From assembly GCA_050084985.1 (NCBI GenBank), contig JBITNC010000001.1, positions 14,880,001-14,944,000 on the forward strand: DNA of 64,000 nt, written 5' to 3'. Numbering within the stretch: position 1 is the stretch's first letter; each line of letters begins with the position of its first letter. Source of the stretch: Nageia nagi. Lineage: Eukaryota; Plantae; Pinophyta. Under the pieces are notes generated by a model. The model did no database searches. It was given only the letters and a program-made list of their open reading frames with translations, and was not told the origin of the DNA. The translations under genes and the position numbers were made by a program. Of the stretch, positions 38,926-48,731 are shown piece after piece.

Positions 38926-39867
38926 ATGGCTGAAATGGGTTTCAGGGCCATGAAAGTTGTGGACGAAGGTGTGGAGGAGTTTATGAGTGAGAAGCACAAT
39001 GTTCCTTCGAATAAGATAGGAGAGAAGTATCCAAGCGTGGAGGATTACCTGGGCACTCAGTTTAGATTGTTGAAAGAGGATTTAATTACGCCATACAAGC
39101 AAACGGTGAAGGAGTTCAGGAAGAAGAAGGTGTCGGGGGAGTTTAACAGAAAACAGCTCAGCGATGTGCAGATATACAACAATGTGAGATTGGTTGGCAT
39201 GCGGGCTGATAATGCAGGTATGGAGTATGTTTTGAGGTTTGGTACTGTAGAGGGTCGTAGTAAATATGTAGATTGGGTGAATGAGAAGCTGCTGATGTTT
39301 AATTCCCTGCTCTGCGTTTCGTGCGATGGGTATGAGAGTTTTTTCTGGGCCGTGGTTTCGACCAGGAGGCCCAAGGAGTTGAGTGTCGGGAGGAGGTTTG
39401 GAGCGAGGGGGATTGAGAAGTGGGAAGTTGGGTTTGAGCATGGGGTGGTGTATACGATGTTTGAGTCCACAAGTGCTTTTTTTGAGGCTTACCAACATGT
39501 GTTGAGGGTGTTGCAGAGGAGAGAAATGGAGATGTTGGAGTTTATGAGGCATTTTGTGTTTCTGGAGCCGGAGGTTGGAATCCCAAAGTATTTGGAAAAT
39601 GTGGGTGGTAGGTCTGATGCTTGTCCTAGTGGTGGTGGTGGAGGAGGAGGCGGAGGTTGTGGTGGTTGGGGGAATGATGGGTCTCATTCGTCTCACGGTC
39701 CTGGTGGTGGTGATGGTTGGAGTGATGAAGAAAACAATTGTCCACTTGGTGACAGCAATGTTGGTTGGAGTTGTGCTTTAGGGAATGAAGGGAGCAATTG
39801 GTCACATGCTGATGGTGGTGGTGGTGGTTGGTCTGGTTTTTATTGGAGAAGTGAATTCCCACATTGA
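38926..39867 (+). CDS. ZNFX1: ZNFX1-like SF1 helicase, N-terminal part plus the first half of a Gly/Trp-rich insert
   Basis: KYPSVEDYLGTQFRLLKEDL, DVQIYNNV, VDW..EKLLMFNSLLCVS.D, Y.MFEST.AFFEAYQHVL..LQ and P.YL match the ZNFX1/Hrr1 pre-helicase region. First ATG is at 38926. A -1 frame change or an intron is needed to join the next ORF. Confidence 0.85.
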   Translation: MAEMGFRAMKVVDEGVEEFMSEKHNVPSNKIGEKYPSVEDYLGTQFRLLKEDLITPYKQTVKEFRKKKVSGEFNRKQLSDVQIYNNVRLVGMRADNAGMEYVLRFGTVEGRSKYVDWVNEKLLMFNSLLCVSCDGYESFFWAVVSTRRPKELSVGRRFGARGIEKWEVGFEHGVVYTMFESTSAFFEAYQHVLRVLQRREMEMLEFMRHFVFLEPEVGIPKYLENVGGRSDACPSGGGGGGGGGCGGWGNDGSHSSHGPGGGDGWSDEENNCPLGDSNVGWSCALGNEGSNWSHADGGGGGWSGFYWRSEFPH

Positions 39868-42302
39868 ACACAATTTCCCCTGAAGAAGGAATAGAAGGGA
39901 AGAGTTCAGCAGCAGGGGACAATGTAAATAATGATGATCCGGGCACAAAACAAATGGAAATAGATGCTAGTGGCCAATCGGGTATTTGGGCAGTAGCTGT
40001 TAGCAACGAGAGGGCGGGCAATGCTTCAGAAGACGAATTGGAGTCAAAATCATGTTGGGGTGGACAGAGTGATAGTTGTGCCCAAGGCAATGAAAGGGAT
40101 AGTTGTAGCTGGGGACCGAAATTGGAGGTTGGAACTGGCTGGGGCGAACAAACCCATAATTCAGTGCAAGGTGATGATCAATGGGAAGGGTGCAATATTG
40201 GAAAAGAGAATGCTTTCGATGATACACCAGAAGATGAACTTATTGGGTCTATTGGGCTTGGGAGTCGGGGTGTTGATTATAGCCAGGAGGCAGCTATCAG
40301 GCATGGATTGTCGAAGAAGCTGGCCATCATTCAGGGCCCTGCAGGGACTGGGAAGACATTTGTGGGTCTTCTTATCACAGAATGTTTGCTTGCAGCTCGA
40401 AAAGTGCAAGGTCCTATAGTTGTGGTATGCTACACCAATAGAGCTTTGGATCAATTTTTGGAAGGGGTTTATAAGTATGAAACTAGCCTTGTGCGTCTAG
40501 GAACAGGAAGCAAGAGCCAAGTCTTGCAACAGTGCAGTGTAGAACAGTTTCAGAAGAAACTAAAAATTCGACTCCCACGGTATCTACGACAAGAGAAAGG
40601 CAGACTCAAGTTCAATCAGGAGAAACTGGCTGGTGAAGTAAATTTTTATGCGGAGTGTATGAATGCGGAACGGGTGACTGGAGAAGCTCTTAGAAAGAGT
40701 GCAAAAGAAGAGCATTTTAATAGCTTGTACTTCTGTAGTGAATGCAGACAGGATGAGATTTATCAATCATGGTTGGGTGGGAATGACAAGATGCACGTTA
40801 CCTCTACTTGTCCTTTTTCAGTAACACAGTCTAAAATCGAAAGCACTATTGAAAAACAATCTTTGGTCTTTAGAGGGATTGGAGATGAGGGCGATTCTAC
40901 AAGCATTGGGTTAATCCTTGAATATGGTGATATAACTGATGTTTGGATTTTGGATGTCCAGTCCAGGCAGAGATTAGACCAGCATTGGTTAGAGAAAATT
41001 AGATTGCATGGACAGAAACAGTTTGGGAATTTGACTTCTCAATACGAAGATATATGCAACAAATTGGCAGAGATGAAAAACAAAAGTCAACGGTACATGC
41101 TTAGCTTTACAAAAGTCTTGGGCATGACAACAACTGTTGCAGCAAGGTATTTTGACATTTTGTCTGCGTTAAAACCACAAGTTATGATAGTAGAGGAAGC
41201 AGCAGAGGTTTTGGAGGGCCAACTTTTAGCATGCCTAAATCCGTATATTCAACATCTTATCCTCATAGGAGATCACATGCAGCTCCGGCCTTTTGTTGCT
41301 TCCCCACAGCTTGCAAGCAATTACAATTTGGATGTTTCCTTGTTTGAAAGGTTGATAAACAATGGTATACAGTACAAAACATTAGAAATGCAAAGGAGAA
41401 TGAGGCCTACAATTGCCTATCTTAGTGCAGGTTTTTATCCTACTGTTAAAGACCACAGATGTGTGAGAACTTTAGACAATGTAACGGGTGTTAAACACAA
41501 TATCTTCTTTTTTGATCATGCAAATGCAGAAAGTTGTGCGGATAATTCAGGCAGCAAATTGAATCTTGGGGAGGCTGATGTAGTGGTTGCTTTCGCAATG
41601 TATTTGTTGAACATATGTGGTTATTCTTCAAAGGATATAACAATCCTGAGCATGTACAGATCCCAAGCTAATGAGATCAATCAACGTTTTATGCAACAGT
41701 TTCCTCGAAAAAGGAAGGATCGCGTTAAATTCCTCAGTGAAGAAGTACCAAGGGTTAGAAGTGTAGATGAGTTCCAAGGGGAAGAAAGTAACATTGTTAT
41801 TCTTTCTTTAGTGAGGAATGTGACTCAAACCTCCGAAAACTTATCCTCAAATCAAATATCACCTATAGAATCTATTGGCTTTTTAGGTGCCGCAAATAGG
41901 ATTTGTGTTGCTCTTACTAGAGCTAAATTGGGGCTATATATGTTTGGGAATTCATCACTTCTTTCTGAGAAAAGTCATATATGGAATGACATCATGGACC
42001 GTCTGATTACTTGTGGATGGATTGGAAGGAGGATGAGACTCTGTTGTCCCAATCACACGGATATAGAATTCCGCATTTGTACATCAGAAGAATTCTCTAG
42101 AATCTACTGTCCAATGAATTGCAAATTTACTCTCAAATGTGGCCATCCATGTTCCCGATTTTGCCATGTGGGAGGTCATCAGATTATATATTGTGAGAAG
42201 ATTTGTGGCAGGAAACTTGAATGTTGTGGACATCTTTGTGGAAGGATCTGCCATTTGGGTTCATGTGTTCCATGTTATGATTGTAGCCTTGAGATGGTCT
42301 GA
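39864..42302 (+). CDS. ZNFX1: ZNFX1-like (NFX1-type zinc finger-containing) UPF1-family RNA helicase core plus two NF-X1 zinc fingers
   Basis: Uninterrupted 812 codons: SQ..A, IQGPAGTGKT, VCYTNRALDQFLE, GMTTT, IVEEAAEV (ZNFX1-type Walker B), LIGDHMQLRP, SLFERL, VDEFQGEE, NRICVALTRAK; C-terminal CPNH, C...LKCGHPC...CH and C...L.CCGHLC...CH. Confidence 0.92.
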   Translation: MNTISPEEGIEGKSSAAGDNVNNDDPGTKQMEIDASGQSGIWAVAVSNERAGNASEDELESKSCWGGQSDSCAQGNERDSCSWGPKLEVGTGWGEQTHNSVQGDDQWEGCNIGKENAFDDTPEDELIGSIGLGSRGVDYSQEAAIRHGLSKKLAIIQGPAGTGKTFVGLLITECLLAARKVQGPIVVVCYTNRALDQFLEGVYKYETSLVRLGTGSKSQVLQQCSVEQFQKKLKIRLPRYLRQEKGRLKFNQEKLAGEVNFYAECMNAERVTGEALRKSAKEEHFNSLYFCSECRQDEIYQSWLGGNDKMHVTSTCPFSVTQSKIESTIEKQSLVFRGIGDEGDSTSIGLILEYGDITDVWILDVQSRQRLDQHWLEKIRLHGQKQFGNLTSQYEDICNKLAEMKNKSQRYMLSFTKVLGMTTTVAARYFDILSALKPQVMIVEEAAEVLEGQLLACLNPYIQHLILIGDHMQLRPFVASPQLASNYNLDVSLFERLINNGIQYKTLEMQRRMRPTIAYLSAGFYPTVKDHRCVRTLDNVTGVKHNIFFFDHANAESCADNSGSKLNLGEADVVVAFAMYLLNICGYSSKDITILSMYRSQANEINQRFMQQFPRKRKDRVKFLSEEVPRVRSVDEFQGEESNIVILSLVRNVTQTSENLSSNQISPIESIGFLGAANRICVALTRAKLGLYMFGNSSLLSEKSHIWNDIMDRLITCGWIGRRMRLCCPNHTDIEFRICTSEEFSRIYCPMNCKFTLKCGHPCSRFCHVGGHQIIYCEKICGRKLECCGHLCGRICHLGSCVPCYDCSLEMV

Positions 42303-45149
42303 AGGTTCTGTGCGGAGGCGAATTTTGTGGGAAGTGCTCGTGTCAGATTCATTTTGAGTTGCAATGGTTTTCTGCATCTATTTGTTGTTGTAAAGAAGTA
42401 AGTGGGTCATTTTTTAGACTGATATCTAACTGTCTATGCAATAGTTTCAGGTTCAAACGACTTTATGCTCCGAGCTTACATTGGTCACTTTAGTTTTTTC
42501 TGAATTCAGGAAAAGAGGGTTGGTTATTTATGGAATTGAACTCACTCATGCCTTTTCTAGAGGATGTTTTTAAAGCCTAAACTCCTATGCTTTTTCTGTT
42601 ACAGAATCCTTCAGATTATGGGAACGTTTGCATAGTTATGAAGTTTCTCCAACTTGGTCAGCCAAACAATGAATTGTGTTTCTGAGATATCTGTACTTAC
42701 AGGGATTGATACAAACCTCAACCAAATTCCAGGTCAGTTTAGAATCTTTACACTGTTATAAGCTACTATAAATTGTCAATTGTTTTATTTTGTTTGTGTT
42801 ATGACAACATAAATATTAAGGCATGTTTTACTTGGGATATTGCCTTTTGCAACAGCAAAATCATGTTTACCAACAATATTTATTCTACTCTCCAAGTCAT
42901 TTTTACATTTGTATTCTTTACCCTTGGCACATCAGAACTTTCACTGGGGAGGCAGTTTCCTTTTCTTTGCAATCATTAATCTACAAATTGATTCCTGGGG
43001 AAGTCTACTTGCTTCAGTTCTACCTCTTTATGACTCAAAAGATTATAATTCTTTTGTGAAATCTTCTAATGTTGTCTCTGCATATGATTTAAAAGCTTAT
43101 GATACTTTTGTGAGATCTTCTAGCACTCTCTATATGAATCAAAAGCTTATAATACTTTTTGTGAAATTTCATAGTGTTGTGTGTAATCATTTGTGTTTTG
43201 AGGAGTTGCTTTGTGTTTTCCATAATTCAAATTGATGTTAATAGTTGGTGTACTTGAACCTTGTTTACTGTTTCCTCTGTCATCATTCACTGCAGATCTC
43301 TTTTTGGTATTTGTGACATGTAAATCTATATTTCTTCAGCAACTTCTACTCGAGTTTGGCACAGATTTTTGTCCTGTCAACAAGATTACCTCTTTCAGTC
43401 ATCTTTTTGCTTGTTTGCATGGTCGTCTGTTTTTTATTCATGGCCTTAGTGTCCTTAAGTTTTATAAGCTGTCATAATATCTAGGATAGAACATTGTCTT
43501 CTCTTCAGGCATTGGTTTCCAAACACACCTCTCTTTGCCCACCACATCATTTTTTGTCTTCATTTTTGGCCCTTTGAAGAGTAATTTGCTCCTAGAAAAC
43601 CTTATCTTTCTCAGATGTGCACTCAATCTATGTTGCTACTACATCGCAGTTGTGTTCCATTCTTTGTATCTTTCAGGATAAATATGCTTGCTGTGTAAGA
43701 ATTTTTATCTACCAAATAACACTGAGTGTTTTAGAAAATATAATCTGCAATGGATCGCAGTTGATTACATTTGTTTGGACATTGAAGGTTGAAGATAACA
43801 ACAATATTTGTTGATGGGATGTTCAAATGTAAATTGTTATACCTTGTATTCTGAATATTTAGAATGAAACAGCCAGATACGTTTATTTAATATGGATTTG
43901 TCTAGACGTTTGCTGTTTGTTTGATGTTCTTGTCCTTAACTGGACTTTTCAGAAAGATATAAGAAACACTTTTCAGAAAACTGAAGAAGGCGTTATGAGA
44001 AACCATAATGTGTCTCTGCCTTAATTTATGACAAAAGCGTTTAGTATGCACAGAATGTAATAACTGATACTTTAAGGATATCTCCATGTTTTGTGGCTTC
44101 CCAGGCTAATTTAACTGTTTGGAGTCTCGACTATTTTTCAGCATTCAGCAGTTTTGATGATTTTAGATTAAATAATCCAATAAACTTGAGAAGCCTAAAA
44201 TGCAAATGATTTCAGTGACCTCAGAGACATCAGAACATTTAACTGTTACTGGATTATTTAAATGATTCAGTCTACTAGGGTTATTTTTTGATGCTCCTAG
44301 CTTTATTTTGTTTTGGAAATGTGCAATGACCTTGACTTTCTAAAAATAAATAAATAAATAATGCATGTACGTAAGTGGAAAATATCCTGAACAGTTAGTG
44401 GGAAATTAATGCGTGCATGTTGGTAAGGAATTAATGTAGACAGTTACTTGTTGTTTCAATTAATGCATGCATGTTAAGAGGGAATTAATATAGACAACTA
44501 GTCAAGTGTTCTGTTTCAATTATATATTTGGATGTCATTTGCTTTATATTCAAATTTTTTTGGAGGATCCCTTTCAAATCTGTCAAGCAGCAGCAACATT
44601 CTGGAGTGTAAGGACATTTTACCCTTCCCCTTTTCCCTGGTTTTTCTTCTTTCTAATTAGAAAACAGTCAAAGTTGTGATGCAGCTGTGTATAGCAGTTA
44701 AAGTTTTAATCAATCTTGGGGACAAAAAACCTTCATGTGCAGATTGGAACAGCAGAATGTCATTATATTTGTGAGTGTGGTATATTGAGTTTAATATACT
44801 ATGTGGATTTCAGTTATCTATTTATTTGTGGTTTATATTTATCATCTATATAAAAAATATACAAAAAGAAACAAATCAGTTGTGTGGAGGATATTACTGT
44901 GTGTGTTTCTTGTTTAAGTATATTATAGTGGTCTCAGAGTCTAGATCTGGCCAACCTGTGGGAGAAAAAAAGCTGTTTAAATATTGTGTATGTCAGCCAG
45001 CGATAAGGAAATAAGGTATCAGCTAAGCGAGCAAAGAACGTTACAGAAGATGACATAATAATGACGGAGAGTTGGAGTTTTTTAACATAATGCGAGCATT
45101 GAAGGATGGACAACAACAACTCATTAATCTTTTGACCTGGGTAGTGTGA

Positions 45150-45638
45150 GCTCATGTATTAAATCTTATAACGATACCCTAAAGAAATAATGAACAGGGA
45201 GAAACCTCAGTTTCTGTGGCAAATCAAATCACCTTACCCAAATCAACTTTTGGTTCCAAATTACTACAAGTTACCTTTTTCCATAGGGAGGCCATGCAAC
45301 AAGGAAACGACATGATGGATCAACAAAAAGATGACCCAGATGCTCTCCATGCCGAATATGCAACAAAGAGATATCTCCTTCATGAACTTCTGCAATTTGA
45401 AGTCCCAAACTAAAGATCGGAATGAATGGAAACCTGCACACAATCAGCCTCTCAGGGATTTGTAGCACCATCTAGGAAAGCTTACTATTCCCTCATTTGA
45501 TGTGTCTGATAACTAGAGCATGGATCTAAAAGCTAAACACATACTTCTCATTAAATCCTATGTATGAAAAGGAAGCCTTAAAATTTGTTATCCTTTATCT
45601 AGAAGGAGTAGCCCATGAATGGTGGTACCATGGGTTAG
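45150..45638 (+). mobile_element. Chromoviral gag fragment, the target of the tandem element; resumes at ~61044-61080
   Basis: KLTIPSFD..RAWI.KLNTYFSLNPM.EKEALKF..LYLEGVAHEWWYHGL, continuing after the insertion as ..TQGHDLVT. Left boundary is approximate. Confidence 0.75.
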
Positions 45639-48600
45639 TGTGACGTCCCCCGTTGATTATTGTAATTAGTTGGATTCCCTCTTTGTATATATTTAATTAT
45701 TTAATTGTGCTTTATTAGTTAGGACTTGGGATAGAAGATATAAAGGTCTGTTGGACCCCATTGTGAGCCTCAACTGGGACGTCTCCCTCTCAAGTGTAGT
45801 TTCGTGTGATTTAATGTACTTGGAGATCCCAAAAAGTGATTGTGGGAATCCCAAGGCTTATTTAGCACTTAGAGCATGGATAGTCATCTATTGGCCCCAA
45901 CTTTGAGATTGGGAGTACTTGTAAATATGCGCCAACCTTGGGGAGACTCCTAGACCCCATGTTGGCCCATGACACCATGCATGCCTCCTAGGTACCCAGA
46001 ATGCCTCTTGACCACGCATGCCCTCTAAGGTCCACATTGAGCTTGAGGACCACGTGAGCATAAGGGAGGCCTAGATACCCACATTTGGCCTAGAATGACC
46101 CTTAGGTGCCATCGTTGGGTTTGAGGGTTGGGTGATGACTTTGAGGTGAGATCTAGATCCAGTGTGAGCTATATTAAGCCTTGGAGCATCATTGCTAGAT
46201 ACACAAACTTGATATTATTACTCATACCGTCCAACGGACACCAATTTTGGCGTAGTGTCAACCACATCCCTAGGTGCAACATCTAGGAGAGTTAACAGGT
46301 TGAGGGATCCTATTCATCTACGGCTAAGGTGTAGCATCTTAGTCCATCCGATGGCATTCCGAGGTCGCATTCCTACCATTTAGTTGGTTCCTAGGATTTA
46401 GAGAGAGCTCCTTCAATGGAGAGGATTCAGATTTTGAGGGGGTGAGGTTGTCCCATTTGTTCCATCTGTCTAGCATTGATCATACTTGTTGTATCCTAGT
46501 TAGTTCCTTGGAGGCCAATGTTGAGCCCTATGGGCCTAGTATTGTATCATTGTTCATTCTGTATCATTAATACAAGTTGTGGGCATTTGGATCTCATATG
46601 CTATTGTGTACTTGTCCATATTTGCAACATTGTGTTGTATATATCCATTAATGCATGTATGAGCCAGACATTCTTAGTTGTATGTTGATTAAGCTTGTAT
46701 TTGGTGCCCTAACCCTAATGTTGGCATATTGAGATGTTTGATGCTTGTAATTGCCCTTCTAGGCTAGACATGGGTATTGGTTTGATTGAATTTGCTTAAT
46801 TGCATTTGAAATTGTGATTGGGATTCTAGAGTGGTATCAGAGCTTGGATTTGACCAACTTGTGAATGAAACCTACAGATCACAACTACTACACCATATCT
46901 AGCATCAGAAGAGAGATGGCTTTAACAAAGAAGAGTGGGAAGACACAACATGAAGAAACCCCCTCTAGAGCCACCCATGATGAGGATGAGTGGCCTTGGA
47001 TGAATGACGTCCTTGATGAGGATAATCTTGGTGAGGAGAGTGAGGTAGGAAGAGACAGATCCACATCAGCCAGGAGGAGGAGCCCTACTTCGACTAGAGA
47101 GTCCACACCAGAAAGAAGGTTTAATGAGCTCATCTCGGCCATCCACAATATGACAGGAGTCATAACCACCATGCAGAAGCAGATGAATGACGTTAACAAA
47201 TTCATCAGAGGTTAAGAAATACCAAAGAGGCATGTGAGCCCCCCATGTCCTATGTCAGATGAAGAAGAGCCACGAGAGGATAGGATGGAGAGAGAGTTGA
47301 GCTTGAGGAGATCTCGTAGTCTGAGGGATAGAAGATCCACCCATCACAGATCCATGGGCTTTCCAAGACTCACATTTTTGAGGTCCCATCCTCATAGAGC
47401 TCCATAGGGAACTAACCCTCTCCAGGGAGATTCCTAGATGAGGACATTGGGAAGATAGGGGAGCAGTCCATAATTCGCAAACCATCCAAGCCCATGTTTG
47501 CCAAGAAGTCTACAAATGAAACAAAGAACCGGATCCCCGACCCTCTGGAGTTGAACCAAATTTTCAGAGAGTACTCCATGCTGGATCCAGGGTTGAGAAA
47601 TATGAACTTCAAGGCTACTTGGAGATTTTGGGGCTGAAAGGAGGTAGCTCTCACGGCACACACTCCCAAAGCAATTCGTGGGGTTATAAGAGGGATCTGC
47701 AGCAGAAAATCAACCAAGATGTAAGTACCCTTATATGACAGCAAGAGGATGATGGATAGGGCTTGGCTACATTAGCTACAAACCTACTTCACCTTGAGTT
47801 CGAACATGGTAGAGGAGGATGCCATTCATTTTGCATCACTGCACTTTGAGGGTGATGCCCTCGAATGGTGGCAGCATGGAGTGATCAACCAAGATTACTC
47901 CCATATCACCTCTTTTGATGAGTGTACCCAGAGATTGGTAAAGAGGTTTGATCAGAAAAGGGAGAATGATTATTTCAGGGAATTGACATCTCTGAAACAA
48001 CAAGGTGCGATAGATGAGTATGTGTTCAAGTTTCAGAAGGTTGCAGTTATGATTTGCAACATTCTTGAGGAGAGATTGACATTTCTTTTCATAGAAAGAT
48101 TGATGGAGCCATTGTAGGGAATGTCAAGGTATCTACACCAAAAACCTTGATGACACCATTAGAGCTGCATATGACTTAGAGCCCACCATGAAATCTCTCA
48201 AAGGAGGGAAAACGTACAAGGGGTAGGCCAGTCAGAAGATGTTTGCAGAAAAAGAGGGGCCTAGTTGGTCCAAACCTTTTCCCTTGCCTAGAACAAGCCA
48301 ATTGGACACAGCCAGCTGGAGAAAGTTGAGAGAAGAGGGTAAGTGCTACTGTAAGAAGACGTGGAAGCTAGGACATTGTTGCCAAGACAAAGGGTAGATG
48401 CATTACATTGAGGTGTTTTCAGATGAGGAGGAGGACGATTCGGATTTGGACCTTGGTATGGACATGTTGTACCAAGAGGCACCTAAGGTAGAAGGCTCAT
48501 TGGGGAGCATGATTGCTTCACTCCATGGGGTGAAGAAGTACCTCACATTGAAGGTAGTGGGGCAAGTAGGTGGTCAGAATGTGATGGTCTTAATTAACCT

Positions 48601-48731
48601 TGGAGCATCTCACAACTTCATTGATGAGGGATTTGCAGAGATGAAGGGCCTCAAGATCAAGGGGTTTAAGGGTTTCATAGTTTCCAATGTCAATGGGAAA
48701 TCTCACTTTTGTGGACCAAATCATGAAGAGA

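Noticed and set aside
39830-39867. Canonical programmed -1 ribosomal frameshift
   Set aside because: No X-XXY-YYZ heptamer in the 10-nt overlap, and slipping at the upstream GGTTTTTA meets TGA at 39852
39057-40454. Long antisense and alternate-frame ORFs over the helicase (e.g. 39082-39696, 39626-40090, His/Thr-rich)
   Set aside because: Shadows of the G-rich, GGT-repeat coding strand; no recognisable domain
44165-44265. ~17-bp inverted repeat (possible miRNA hairpin or MITE)
   Set aside because: Short AT-rich arms with an unpaired interior; insufficient evidence
42773-45155. Several 65-130 aa ORFs downstream of the helicase
   Set aside because: F/L/I/C-rich translations typical of T-rich non-coding DNA; no NF-X1 or other motifs
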